From: Armatimonadota bacterium
Lineage (GTDB): Bacteria > Armatimonadota > Fimbriimonadia > Fimbriimonadales > Fimbriimonadaceae
Length of the DNA stretch: 40,537 bases
Direction of reading: 5' to 3'
Assembly: GCA_031400935.1 (NCBI GenBank)
Contig: JANNQV010000004.1
Span: forward strand, 1 to 40,537
Positions within the stretch are counted from its first letter, which is position 1, and the number at the start of each line of letters is the position of its first letter. A model generated the notes under the pieces. The model was not told the origin of the DNA. It saw only the letters and a list, made by a program, of their open reading frames with translations, and searched no databases. The translations under genes were made by a program, and so were the position numbers. Positions 1 to 9,909 of this stretch are shown in pieces.

Positions 1-23
1 TTTTTTTTTTTCACATTATTTAT

Positions 24-86
24 CTAAATCGCGGGCCCACCCCCCCGCACTCCCAAAAACGCTCCCAAAGGATTAATCTTCTTCAT
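24..86 (-). other. Possible 5' fragment of the next ACIII gene (actE-like), broken by low-complexity sequence at the window edge
   Basis: An ATG at 86 overlaps the actD 3' end and reads MKKINPLGAFLGV, a signal-peptide-like start. It then meets a C7 run and stops at 24; the window begins with T11. actE normally follows actD. Confidence 0.3.
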
Positions 87-639
87 GAAGCACCTCCGAA
101 ACCTCGCCTTTGCAGTCAGCGAGAAACTTTGAAACTTCATCTTTGTCGAATTTTGGATCTTCCGCCTCAACGCAAAGGAAAAACCGGTCTTGAGATGCCA
201 ATTCAAAGCGCTTTGCATTGAAAATCGGATGATGCGGCCTTGGCAAGCCGTTCAGAGCAAACATGCCGACAAACGCAGTCAAACAAGCTCCAAGGATCAT
301 GCACTCATATGCTACAGGGACAAATAACGGCCAACTCCAAAGCGGCTTTCCACCGACGTTATGAGGATATGCAATGGAAGAAACCCAATACTCAAGACCT
401 AATCCGCCAGCTAATCCGACAATCCCTCCGCCTGCGATCATCCACTTGATTCGGTTGTCATCAGGCCCTAGGGCTTCAGCGAGTCCATGAACAGGAAATG
501 GGCTGTAAGCCTCAACCTTCCTATAGCCTTCGCTATACGCTCGCTTCGCGGCTTCCAAAATGTCATCCGCAGAGTCGAACTCGGCAATCACGCCATAGAG
601 TGGATTCTTTGCAGCTTCTACATGCATTTTTTCATCCAT
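73..639 (-). CDS. actD: Alternative complex III subunit ActD (DUF3341 family)
   Basis: 188 aa with the motifs EAYSPFPVHGL, NVGGKP.WSWP.F.P..YE and GLPRPHHPIFN..RF..AS.DRFFL. Two TM segments; directly downstream of actC. Confidence 0.92.
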   Translation of the reverse strand: MDEKMHVEAAKNPLYGVIAEFDSADDILEAAKRAYSEGYRKVEAYSPFPVHGLAEALGPDDNRIKWMIAGGGIVGLAGGLGLEYWVSSIAYPHNVGGKPLWSWPLFVPVAYECMILGACLTAFVGMFALNGLPRPHHPIFNAKRFELASQDRFFLCVEAEDPKFDKDEVSKFLADCKGEVSEVLHEED

Positions 640-660
640 CCTTCATTTCGAATTTTTGAG

Positions 661-2091
661 CTAAACATGAGTTTGCTCCTTTTCATCGGAACTGTGCGAT
701 TTGGCATGTTTTTGATGTGATAATTTGTAAAGCAAATCCTTCATTTCGAACATATTGATGCTTGGAAGGAACCTCACGAAATTCCACATCAGGAATGTGA
801 AGAAACCAAGTGTTCCGCCAAACATCGCAAAATCCCAAAGTGTTGGCACGTAGTAGTGGCGAGCCGCCGGAAGGTGGTCGTAAACCAATCCCATAGGTAT
901 GATGACGAATCGCTCCAGCCACATTCCAATGCTCACAGCAACGCTAATAAGGACAAGTGCCTTCAAATTGTAGCGGACTTTCTTGCTCCACAGGGGCTGG
1001 ATACAAGCAAGGTTGAAGAACCACAACGACCAATAATAAAGAGCGTAAGGCCCGCCCTGGCGGAACCGCATCAAGCCGATTTCAATTGGGCTGGCACTGT
1101 AGTACGCATAGAAAACTTCGCAACCGTAACCGTAGCATACGATGAGTCCGGTGGCAAGCATGATCTTCGCCATCCAGTCCATGTGCTTCATGGTGATCAT
1201 GTGCTCTAGCTTGTACATTTGGCGAATGGGAACAGCGAGGATAATGACCATCGCGAAACCTGCAAAAACTGCACCAGCAACGAAGTACGGCGGGAAAATC
1301 GTTACATTCCAACCTGGAACAATGCTAGAAGCAAAGTCTAAGGACACGATCGAGTGAACCGAAAGAACGAGCGGAGTCGAAAGCCCCGCAAGAATCAAAT
1401 AAGCAGCTTCATAGCGTTGCCAATGCCTAGCCGATCCTCGCCAACCCGCCGCCAAAATGCCCCAAATCTTTCTTGAAGTAGCTGTATATGCCCTATCTCG
1501 AAGTGTCGCGAAGTCCGGAACTAAGCCCATAACCCAGAACAATGCGGAAACCGTAAAGTACGTACTAACGGCAAAAACGTCCCAAACCAGCGGCGATCTG
1601 AACTGAGGCCAAAGCGCCATCCAGTTCGGATAGGGAAACAGCCAATATGCGACCCAGGGTCGCCCAGTATGTAGCAACGGAAACAGACCGGCGCACATAA
1701 CCGCAAAAATCGTCATTGCCTCGGCAAATCGGTTGATCGAGTTTCGCCAGCTTTGGCGGAAAAGCAAAAGAATCGCAGAAATAAGCGTTCCAGCGTGCCC
1801 AATTCCAATCCACCAAACAAAATTGATGATGTCGAAGCCCCATCCCGCAGGCTGGTTGTTGCCCCAAATTCCGATGCCCTGGTACACCAAATACGCGATG
1901 GCGACCATCATGATGTTCAAGCCGATGAAGCCAATACCGGCGGTGATCATCCAAGATTTTTGGTTGTGCCGACTTTGATCCAGCACAACTTCAGCAATCG
2001 CATCATCAATCGTACGATACGTCTGCTTGCCAGCAAGAAGCGAGCTTGTGCGCTCTTCTGGTGTTCCTTGGTCAATTGGAAAATCAGACAT
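661..2091 (-). CDS. actC: Alternative complex III membrane subunit ActC (NrfD/PsrC family)
   Basis: 476-aa polytopic membrane protein with WGFDIINFVWWIGIGHAGTLISAIL, NRFAEAMTIFAV, HTGRPW, SPLVWDVFAVSTY and GMWLERF. Confidence 0.95.
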   Translation of the reverse strand: MSDFPIDQGTPEERTSSLLAGKQTYRTIDDAIAEVVLDQSRHNQKSWMITAGIGFIGLNIMMVAIAYLVYQGIGIWGNNQPAGWGFDIINFVWWIGIGHAGTLISAILLLFRQSWRNSINRFAEAMTIFAVMCAGLFPLLHTGRPWVAYWLFPYPNWMALWPQFRSPLVWDVFAVSTYFTVSALFWVMGLVPDFATLRDRAYTATSRKIWGILAAGWRGSARHWQRYEAAYLILAGLSTPLVLSVHSIVSLDFASSIVPGWNVTIFPPYFVAGAVFAGFAMVIILAVPIRQMYKLEHMITMKHMDWMAKIMLATGLIVCYGYGCEVFYAYYSASPIEIGLMRFRQGGPYALYYWSLWFFNLACIQPLWSKKVRYNLKALVLISVAVSIGMWLERFVIIPMGLVYDHLPAARHYYVPTLWDFAMFGGTLGFFTFLMWNFVRFLPSINMFEMKDLLYKLSHQKHAKSHSSDEKEQTHV

Positions 2092-5000
2092 TAGTGCGAT
2101 CCATGCTCCTCAGTCTTGGTGGGTGTTATTACAGGATTGACGTTCCTCACTTTGCCTAAATAGGTTGTGCGCGGACGTGTGTTCAATTCTTTGAGCAACA
2201 TATAGTTTCGTGAATTCTTGTGTTGTTTCGAAACCTGACTCTTAGGATCAGCGAGGTTTCCGAAAACGATTGCTTTGCTTGGGCAAGCAGCTTGACAAGC
2301 AGTTACGACTTCGTCTCCGCCAATCGTTCGGTCTTCTTTCTTGGCATCAATTCGCGCCTTGTTGATTCGCTGAACGCAATAGGTGCATTTCTCCATGACA
2401 CCTCGGCCTCGGACCGTCACATCAGGATTATTGAGAAGGATAAGCGATGGCTTGTCCACCTTATCGCCGAAGTTGAGGAAGTTAAATCGCCTTACTTTGT
2501 ACGGGCAGTTGTTCGAGCAGTACCGAGTGCCAACACATCGGTTGTAAACCATTTGGTTCAAGCCTTCTTTGCTGTGTGTAGTGGCCGCTACAGGACAAAC
2601 TGGCTCGCAAGGTGCATTTTCGCAGTGCATACATGGCACAGGTTGGAAAACGAAGTCGTCGGGGTTTTCCTGATTGCCGGAACTGTAACGGTCAACGCGG
2701 ATCCAGTGAAGCTCCCTTCCGCGAGACATTTGCTCTTTGCCAACTGTCGGAATGTTGTTCTCAGCTTGGCAAGCGATGGTGCAAGCGTTGCAACCGATGC
2801 ACAGGCTCAGATCAATGGACATTCCCCATTTGTAAGGCTGGCCTTCGCCTTCTTCATCGGTAAATGAGTAGAAAGTCTGATCGTCCGGAAATTTGTGCTC
2901 GTGTTCGGCAACAAGCGAAGGATTCGAATGAAATTCTTCCAAAGTTCCTGATCGCACTATCAACGGCGTCTTTTCCTCGTCGCCGGGCATCATCAAGTGG
3001 TGAATTTGGGTGCTGACCAAACCGTACTTCCCGCCGATTTTGGTGATTTGCGCCGGACCAGCCAGCGATTCGCCATTCCAAACAGGGGAAACGTCAAATC
3101 CAAGAGTTGCGACGTCCGCCATTTTGTTTCGAACGTCGGGCATGGAAGCCGAAGTCCCGCTTGCGATGGTTCCGCCTTCCGTTCGCCCATAACCCATGTG
3201 CAGAACAACTGTTCCATCCGCCATTCCTGGGATTCCGAAAATTGGACCTCGAACCGATTTGCCGCCAACGGTAACTTCAACCAGTTCTTCGTCGGCGACG
3301 CCTAAAGTTTTGGCGGTCGCAGGACTAACGTGAACTGCGTTGTCCCAAGCGAGCTGAGAAATCGGTTTCGGAAGCTCTTGAAGCCATGCATTATTGGAAA
3401 ATCGTCCGTCGAAGACATTTGGATCGGGAAGAATGACGGCTTCAATATCTCCAGCCATTGATGTACTTTCTGCAACGATGCCAGAAGCTGTAACAGCTAG
3501 TGTTTTTGATTCAAATCCAGGAACGATTCCATCGTGGAGCCATTGATCCCATGCTTTTTCACCATTAGTTCCGAGTGAACTCGCATACGTTTCCTGAAGC
3601 AATTCTCGTCCAGATCGCGAGTTTCTAAGGAACAGATCAACAACTTCGATTGAGCTTCTCGAATCGTAAAGCGGACGAATGAGAGGCTGTTGCAGGGTTG
3701 CGGTGCCATCAAAGGCCCTTGCGTCGCCCCAACTTTCTAATGAATGCGATTCGGGCAATTGCCACGAACAACTTCGCATTGTATCGTCCATGTGCGTTCC
3801 GAGATATGCCGTCCAATCAACTTTTTTCAAAGCTTCTTTGAAGTTCGTCGAGTTCGGAGCCGTCAAGCAAACATTGGTACCTAATATCAAGAGCGACTTA
3901 ACCTTGCCGGTCATCATATCGGTGGCTAAGGACGTAATTGAAGTTCGTTGGCTTTCGTCGCCAGCCGTTATTCGCTCAACCATTCGCATGGTTTGGCCGA
4001 TGTTTCCAAGAGCTTGGTTGATGGCAAAAACTGCCGCATGAAATTCTGCAGGCATCTGCTCTCCAGCAACGACAATTGATTTGCCACGGTTGGCTTGCAA
4101 GTCGGCAACAATCGCCGCAATTTCTTTAGCGTGTTCACCCGAAGCAGGATTGCCTTTAATAACATCCAAAATCGCAAAAGCAACGTTTCCAACTTTGCTT
4201 GGCTGCATAGGCCAACGATGGTCGGCAGAAAGCGAGGATGGCGTAGCGTTCGAATAAAACGCATAATGGCGGCTCATGGAAGATTCAGTTGAAGCTAGAT
4301 TTCGCTTCGCCGAAAATTCTTGGGCGTGTCGGACATGCGCGGGTCCGCTGAAAAGGAAATCAGAGTCAAAAGAAACAACAACATTTGCTTTTGCGAAATC
4401 GTAAACGGGTTGGCAAGTAACACCGAACGCCTGATTCGCGCCAGCCATTGAATTATCGTCGTTGAACGGCTCGTATTGATGCCAGCGCACTCCAGGATGC
4501 AGTTCAATTAGCCTTGTAATTTGCCGAATCAGGGTCGGCGAAGTTACGGTTCCAGTCAGAATTCGAAGCGATTCGCCAGGGTTCCTATCAAGTTTCTTTC
4601 GAACGTCGTGCATAAACTCGTCCCATGAGTTCGGCGTGTTTTGCTTGAAAACCGCTTTCGTGCGATCGGGGTCGTACATGTCGTACAACGACGCTTGCAT
4701 CCAATGGTTGCTTGAACCCAAAGTTGCCGGATGAATAGGGCTGCCTTCGATCTTGCCAGGACGCCCTTCGCGGCTTTCCACCAGAATCCCATAGGCATAT
4801 CCGCCCATGGTGAAGCAGCTTGCATAAAATTGGCTGATTCCGGGGACTTGGCCTTCTGGCTGCTTTGAATAAGAAACAATTCGTTCGGTGGGCAGGCTTC
4901 GGCAACCGACCAAGCCAGCCATGATGGTTGAAGCGCCTAGTAGTTTGACAAAATCGCGCCGGTCAATATCGAGAAGCGAGCCGCGATGAGGAAACTCGTC

Positions 5001-5117
5001 TTCAGTCCAATTTTTGGTAGCATCTGAACCCTTTTCATGCTCAGCATTGCGCCAATAAGCCTTGCTTTTTGCAGAGCTTTCAATTCCCTCTATGTTCGAC
5101 TGATCTCTTTTGGGCAT
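2091..5117 (-). CDS. actB: Alternative complex III subunit ActB (molybdopterin-oxidoreductase-like domain fused to an FeS domain)
   Basis: 1008 aa. Tat/lipoprotein-like leader RRDFVKLLGAS..AGLVGC; GRP.KIEG.P.HP and NNAWLQELPKP motifs. C-terminal cluster motifs CIGCNACTIAC, CMHCENAPCEPVCP, CVGTRYCSNNCP and CTYC..ACQAACP. Stop overlaps the actC start. Confidence 0.95.
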   Translation of the reverse strand: MPKRDQSNIEGIESSAKSKAYWRNAEHEKGSDATKNWTEDEFPHRGSLLDIDRRDFVKLLGASTIMAGLVGCRSLPTERIVSYSKQPEGQVPGISQFYASCFTMGGYAYGILVESREGRPGKIEGSPIHPATLGSSNHWMQASLYDMYDPDRTKAVFKQNTPNSWDEFMHDVRKKLDRNPGESLRILTGTVTSPTLIRQITRLIELHPGVRWHQYEPFNDDNSMAGANQAFGVTCQPVYDFAKANVVVSFDSDFLFSGPAHVRHAQEFSAKRNLASTESSMSRHYAFYSNATPSSLSADHRWPMQPSKVGNVAFAILDVIKGNPASGEHAKEIAAIVADLQANRGKSIVVAGEQMPAEFHAAVFAINQALGNIGQTMRMVERITAGDESQRTSITSLATDMMTGKVKSLLILGTNVCLTAPNSTNFKEALKKVDWTAYLGTHMDDTMRSCSWQLPESHSLESWGDARAFDGTATLQQPLIRPLYDSRSSIEVVDLFLRNSRSGRELLQETYASSLGTNGEKAWDQWLHDGIVPGFESKTLAVTASGIVAESTSMAGDIEAVILPDPNVFDGRFSNNAWLQELPKPISQLAWDNAVHVSPATAKTLGVADEELVEVTVGGKSVRGPIFGIPGMADGTVVLHMGYGRTEGGTIASGTSASMPDVRNKMADVATLGFDVSPVWNGESLAGPAQITKIGGKYGLVSTQIHHLMMPGDEEKTPLIVRSGTLEEFHSNPSLVAEHEHKFPDDQTFYSFTDEEGEGQPYKWGMSIDLSLCIGCNACTIACQAENNIPTVGKEQMSRGRELHWIRVDRYSSGNQENPDDFVFQPVPCMHCENAPCEPVCPVAATTHSKEGLNQMVYNRCVGTRYCSNNCPYKVRRFNFLNFGDKVDKPSLILLNNPDVTVRGRGVMEKCTYCVQRINKARIDAKKEDRTIGGDEVVTACQAACPSKAIVFGNLADPKSQVSKQHKNSRNYMLLKELNTRPRTTYLGKVRNVNPVITPTKTEEHGSH

Positions 5118-5152
5118 CGAATTCCGTTTCCTAAATCTTCCGTTTCAATGTT

Positions 5153-5905
5153 TTAGCGGTGGCAAACCCAGCAGTCCATTAGCTGCTTTTTGTTAATCTT
5201 GTACTTCTCCAGAAGCTTTTCGCCGCCTTCAATATCTTCCTTTTTCGTCATCAGCGCTTCGCCATTGACTAAGTCTTTGTCCAAGTCCGAAAGCGATTCT
5301 TCCTTGTGCGCTTGCAGATTTCTGTAAAGCTGAAAAACTTGCTCTTGCGGAGAAATGTTCTTTCCCGGCGCCTGGTCTCTGATATATTTTTCAGGCTCGC
5401 GGTGACATTCCAGGCACCAAGACATGGACAGATTCTTACCCTTGAATGTGATATGCATTTCCTGAACTGGGCCATGGCATGTGTTGCAATTTATGCCACG
5501 GTCAATGTGAATCGAGTGATCGAAATAGACAAATTCAGGAACTTTGTTCAGCTTGTTCCAAATGATTGGAGTGCCTTCGGCATAGCTCTTTCGGACTGGC
5601 TCGAGAAGCGGGCTGTTCGTCCAAATTTGAGCGTGGCATGTCATACAGGTTTCGCTGGGAGGAACAGATGCATGTTTAGAATCTTCAACCGAAACATGGC
5701 AAAAGCGGCAATCAATTCCAAGTTCCATGACGTGGTGCTTGTGGCTAAATGGCACAGGCTGGTTAAGTGGAACCTCCACATTTGTGTTTGCGGGAGATCG
5801 GGAAATCAACGAGCCACCACCAAAAACTGCCACCGGCAAAAACCCTAGCGCGAGCAGACAGATTTTTACTGTTGTGTTTGCACCGGATTTAAATATCTGT
5901 GGCAT
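5153..5905 (-). CDS. actA: Alternative complex III pentaheme cytochrome c ActA
   Basis: N-terminal TM anchor, QPVPFSHKHH, and five CxxCH motifs (CRFCH, CMTCH, CNTCH, CLECH, CWVCH). First gene of the act cluster. Confidence 0.93.
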   Translation of the reverse strand: MPQIFKSGANTTVKICLLALGFLPVAVFGGGSLISRSPANTNVEVPLNQPVPFSHKHHVMELGIDCRFCHVSVEDSKHASVPPSETCMTCHAQIWTNSPLLEPVRKSYAEGTPIIWNKLNKVPEFVYFDHSIHIDRGINCNTCHGPVQEMHITFKGKNLSMSWCLECHREPEKYIRDQAPGKNISPQEQVFQLYRNLQAHKEESLSDLDKDLVNGEALMTKKEDIEGGEKLLEKYKINKKQLMDCWVCHR

Positions 5906-6007
5906 GATGCACCATCCCTTGCATTTCTAACTCTTCCAAATCCCTTTGGAAAATTCCCGCTACATTTGACCCGATTTGCTTTTGATTTCGCATGATGAAT
6001 TCTATGT

Positions 6008-7834
6008 TTACAAAAGAACTGACCTGTCTATTGCCATCATCAAGAACAGCAATGCTAAATAGAGCATCGAATACTTGTATAGCCCTAGGGCTTGGGGACG
6101 TTCGGGCGAGCGGTATAGTTGCGCCGTGCGAACAACCAAAACTGCGTTTAAAAGCAGAGCCGAAACGAGGTAAATAGAACCTATGTTGGCCTGAAACATT
6201 GGCATAATGCTCACTAAAGCCGTCAACAAGGTGTAAAGAGCAATTTGAATCACGGTTGCCCGAACACCGTGAACCACAGGAAGCATCGGCACTCCAGCGC
6301 TTTCGTAGTCGTCTTTGATCAAAATTGCTAAAGCCCAAAAATGAACGGGCGTCCAAACAAAAATAATCGCAAAAAGCCACCAAGCAAGCGGGCTGAGATA
6401 ATTTGTGACGGCGGCATATCCGACCATCGGAGGGAAAGCGCCTGCTGCGCCACCGATTACGATGTTGTGCCAGGTACGGCGCTTCAAAAGCATCGTGTAA
6501 ACGACAACGTAAAAAACAAGCCCGGTCAGCGACATGACCGCTGTAAGTAGGTTCGCTGCGCCCCAAAGAATTACGAAACTTGCAATCGCCATCGAACCTG
6601 CAAAGAGCAACGCATTTTTTGAAGTGATAGATTGAGTAACGGTCGGGCGTTTTGCCGTTCGTTTCATTGTCGCGTCAATGTCGCGATCAATGACCATGTT
6701 GATAGCGTTTGCCGCCCCAGCGGAGAGGTATCCGCCGATGGCTACTGCGATGAACAAAATCGTTCCCGGCCAACCGCCCTTCGCAATGAACATGGCAGTG
6801 AGCGTTGTAAAGAGAAGAAGACTGATGACGCGAGGCTTGGTGAGGCTCACATAAGCCTTGATAGTTTCTTTCCAAGTTCGTGTTTGCTCTTCGATCAAAT
6901 CTCGCGCGGAAGCATCATTGGTTTCAACACATGGAACACCCTCGCCAAACGCAAAAACCATGCAAGCAACAAAAGCAAGAAAGGTAGCATCAGCCATCAT
7001 CAAATGGATCAATTGAAGTGCGATCGGAGCCTTTAGCGTTATGCTCAAGAGTCCGATTGCCATTTGTGCGGTATAAAGTCCAACGAGCCATTGGACAGCT
7101 TCCTTGACCTTAGGATCGGGCCTGAGATGGATCATCAATCCGCCCAACAGAAGTAGGTAGAGACCGATTGCCGTAGCGATGAGAGGGTGCAACGGCTGAA
7201 GCCGCACCATCCAATGGGTATTGGGTTGAATTGCAGCACCGAGCACGTCTTTTACGGGATTCAAAGTGTGCCCGAGTGCCGAAACCGCGCCTGAAACCCC
7301 TAAGAACATAAGTGAGATGTATGCAAGCGTGACGCCCCCGCCGAGCGGCCCTTGTCCTTTCCATTTGTATTCCGGTGCACCGCCCGCCAAAAGCGCAGTT
7401 GCTCCAAGAGCGCCTACGAGGACAAATGTACTGATTACGTGGAAAGAAAGCACAATCGCGCGAAGAGCACTGTCGTCTCGAACGACCAACTGGTATTTCA
7501 CCAAAATCATTCCGATCAAAGCTTCGATGCAGGTCATTGCAACGACAAGCATCGCTGTTTTTCGAATCTGAGAACCTTTAGGAAACTGTTGAAAGCACTT
7601 ATAGGCAAGTGCGAGCACCAAAGGAAGAACGATTCCGGTTGAAACCCGGTGCGAAAACTCGAAAACCTGTTTGAGTTCGGTAAAAGCTGGAATCAGCGCT
7701 CCGCCGCACAACGGCCAATGATCGCCGCATCCGTCGCCTGAATAAGTAGCCCGCAGAAAGGCACCAAACCCAATGACGAGCAGGTTGTAAATCACCAATG
7801 CCCATGCAAATCGGGTTAATCCTTTGGAAGCCAT
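6008..7834 (-). CDS. cyoE: Fused heme A synthase (COX15/CtaA) and protoheme IX farnesyltransferase (CtaB/CyoE)
   Basis: The N-half has GCGDHWPLC, EFSHR and further His-bearing TM helices (CtaA-like). The C-half has TKPRV, NMVIDRDIDATMKRTAKRP, YTMLLKR and WTPVHFWALA (UbiA/CyoE). Confidence 0.92.
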   Translation of the reverse strand: MASKGLTRFAWALVIYNLLVIGFGAFLRATYSGDGCGDHWPLCGGALIPAFTELKQVFEFSHRVSTGIVLPLVLALAYKCFQQFPKGSQIRKTAMLVVAMTCIEALIGMILVKYQLVVRDDSALRAIVLSFHVISTFVLVGALGATALLAGGAPEYKWKGQGPLGGGVTLAYISLMFLGVSGAVSALGHTLNPVKDVLGAAIQPNTHWMVRLQPLHPLIATAIGLYLLLLGGLMIHLRPDPKVKEAVQWLVGLYTAQMAIGLLSITLKAPIALQLIHLMMADATFLAFVACMVFAFGEGVPCVETNDASARDLIEEQTRTWKETIKAYVSLTKPRVISLLLFTTLTAMFIAKGGWPGTILFIAVAIGGYLSAGAANAINMVIDRDIDATMKRTAKRPTVTQSITSKNALLFAGSMAIASFVILWGAANLLTAVMSLTGLVFYVVVYTMLLKRRTWHNIVIGGAAGAFPPMVGYAAVTNYLSPLAWWLFAIIFVWTPVHFWALAILIKDDYESAGVPMLPVVHGVRATVIQIALYTLLTALVSIMPMFQANIGSIYLVSALLLNAVLVVRTAQLYRSPERPQALGLYKYSMLYLALLFLMMAIDRSVLL

Positions 7835-8034
7835 TCCTTAATTACCGCTGAATTAGGCTTCTGAAACTACTCGCAAGCTTAACTTTCCCCAGCCAAATGC
7901 GAATGTCGAACCAATGTTCAGGAGCCTCCCCTTAAATCTACCTCCAGGGGGGCTGTTCTTGCATGAACGAATCTGGAGATTTTGGTATAGATTGATGGTT
8001 TCAAGGTAACTGAATTCATTTAATCCCCAGAAAT

Positions 8035-8700
8035 TCACGTCCGTCTATTTATAAACGTAAACAAAATGCTCCAACACGCAGTCGCCAATGCTGACATCGG
8101 ATATTGCAAATCTGTCGGAAGAGCATAAACAGCAAGCAGAACCACAACCCAAAAGCAGACATTGGGGACATAGGTTGGCAAGACTTCGCGCTTCCATCCC
8201 GAAGGAATCCAAACTGAAAGGAGCGCTGAAATCCGCCATTTTTCCCGGCGAAAGACAAACATTCCGACCGTGTAAGGCACAAAGAGGATAGGCGCAAACA
8301 CCAACATGTCAACGGCTGTCTTGATTGCTAAAGTGCCGATTCCCGTCCCCGTGCCAAACCATAGAGCCTGGTATCCATAGAAGATATCAACCATGACTGC
8401 AAGCCCGATCCAGACGAATCCTCGGAAAAAGGCTTCACCCCAGGCGTTTTCGCCTTTTTCTAAGGTGCCGGTCAAGACTTTTGCAAGTTCAGGAAGGATT
8501 CCTCCGGCGATAAAGCCAGCCAAAGCGGCGAATCCCAGCCCCATGGAAGCCTTTAGAGCTTGCAGATTTTTGGCAGAGGATGCAGCGGAAGGAACGTAAT
8601 AGTAGGCGCCGACCAACGCAAACGCAAGAACCCAGACAAGTGCCATCGGGCGCCAGTTTTGCCTGAGTCCATCAAGAGCAGGTGCTAAGATCGCCTTCAT
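8035..8700 (-). CDS. Integral membrane protein, Mpv17/PMP22-like
   Basis: 221-aa hydrophobic protein. K..VD.LVFAP and Y.PN..FW......Y.LP..LQ resemble the Mpv17/PMP22 pattern. Confidence 0.6.
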   Translation of the reverse strand: MKAILAPALDGLRQNWRPMALVWVLAFALVGAYYYVPSAASSAKNLQALKASMGLGFAALAGFIAGGILPELAKVLTGTLEKGENAWGEAFFRGFVWIGLAVMVDIFYGYQALWFGTGTGIGTLAIKTAVDMLVFAPILFVPYTVGMFVFRREKWRISALLSVWIPSGWKREVLPTYVPNVCFWVVVLLAVYALPTDLQYPMSALATACWSILFTFINRRT

Positions 8701-8713
8701 TTTGCTCGTCCTA

Positions 8714-8840
8714 TGTGGCTTGACCGTCCCGGTCGAGGTTCCCTAAATCTTCTTAGATTTCGTTGCTCGTAACAAGAATTCAACTTGTCCTTGCCTGGGC
8801 GGGACGCCCAGGACACACTCGACCGAGACGGTCGAGACAC
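8714..8840. repeat. Cluster of three REP-like imperfect palindromes (BIME/REPIN-like)
   Basis: GTGGCTTGACCGTCCCGGTCGAG at 8715-8737, plus inverted units at 8794-8816 (rc GTGTCCTGGGCGTCCCGCCCAGG) and 8818-8840 (rc GTGTCTCGACCGTCTCGGTCGAG). Units 1 and 3 match at 20/23. Confidence 0.75.
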
Positions 8841-8844
8841 GCGA

Positions 8845-9909
8845 TCATGAAACCTTCGCCAGTTCCGCTTTCAAGATATTGATAGAATCAATATTCTCTG
8901 GATCAACATCGTTCAAAGCAGCCAGATACAGCGACACAAAATCTCCAAAGTAAATCAGGCTCAAGCAGCGTTCCAAGAGCGTTTCGCCCCGAGCAAACAC
9001 CCATCGTATGGACGCCTTTTCCCCAACAAGTTGTGTCGTAACTCTCGCCCTTGCCTTCATCTTTGCAGATTCATGCCCGTCTTGCAAAATCACCAAACTG
9101 TATTTCGCTACACCTTGAGTTTCAGCGAGCACCCATCCAAGAACCTCGTTGTGGTTCATTTCAGGCAAGGTGTGCGAATACGTCATGTTCTTCGCGTTTT
9201 CGTTGATTTGACCCTTCCAGCGGTACGCCACGACGCCTTGATAATTCCCTAGGCCATATAGAATCGGAAACGTCCCGTGAAGTTGATGTCCTAGCTGTTT
9301 GGTGGGGTTATTTTCGGCTAGAGACTCGACTCCCCATTCCTTAGCACACGCTTCTAATAGTGAAAAACACTTGCTAAATTGTTGGTCCGGCAAAAACCCA
9401 GCCTGCTCGCACATCGCCAAAACGGGAATCGTCAGGTATCCCAAAGCTGTTCTAGGAGGCTGGCCGGCAGGGATCAGAACGCACGGATTGCCATCTTGCT
9501 TACACATTTCGGCAAGCTTTCCGCCGCTTGTCACGCCGACAATCTTTGCTCCAGCTTTTTTGGCATCGGCATAAGCCGATAAGGTTTCTTCGGTGTTTCC
9601 AGAATAGCTGGTTGCAAACACCAATGTCGTTTCATTCACGAATCCTGGCAGGTGATAGTCGCGATTGACGATCAAGGGAATCGAGCCTTCTGCTTCCATG
9701 ATCGCTCGAACGACGTCGCCTCCCGCCGCCGACCCTCCCAAACCGGTGACTACTATTGAATATGGTTTGAATCCGGAAAGCGAAACGCCAGCACCTTGAG
9801 TGATTTCAAGCGCATGACGGCATTGCTCGGCAAATGCGACAGTTAAGTCGTACATCCCTTTCGGGTCGTTGCGAACTACAAATTCGCGAGAATCCAAAGA
9901 ATTTATCAT
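8845..9909 (-). CDS. Bifunctional phosphoglucose/phosphomannose isomerase (SIS family)
   Basis: Motifs GLGGSAAGG, SYSGNTEETL, GQPPR, RWKGQINENAK, PEMNHNE and GDFVSLYLA. ATGA overlap with ssb. Confidence 0.92.
   Translation of the reverse strand: MINSLDSREFVVRNDPKGMYDLTVAFAEQCRHALEITQGAGVSLSGFKPYSIVVTGLGGSAAGGDVVRAIMEAEGSIPLIVNRDYHLPGFVNETTLVFATSYSGNTEETLSAYADAKKAGAKIVGVTSGGKLAEMCKQDGNPCVLIPAGQPPRTALGYLTIPVLAMCEQAGFLPDQQFSKCFSLLEACAKEWGVESLAENNPTKQLGHQLHGTFPILYGLGNYQGVVAYRWKGQINENAKNMTYSHTLPEMNHNEVLGWVLAETQGVAKYSLVILQDGHESAKMKARARVTTQLVGEKASIRWVFARGETLLERCLSLIYFGDFVSLYLAALNDVDPENIDSINILKAELAKVS

Noticed and set aside
2220..5848. Long plus-strand ORFs (215 aa and 180 aa) opposite actB and actA
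   Set aside because: These are antisense shadows of strongly supported genes and carry no motifs.
7922..8005. Weak hairpin and TTGATGGTTTCAA FNR-like site upstream of the heme synthase fusion
   Set aside because: The spacing is one base short of TTGAT-N4-ATCAA, and the hairpin is imperfect without a clear U tract.
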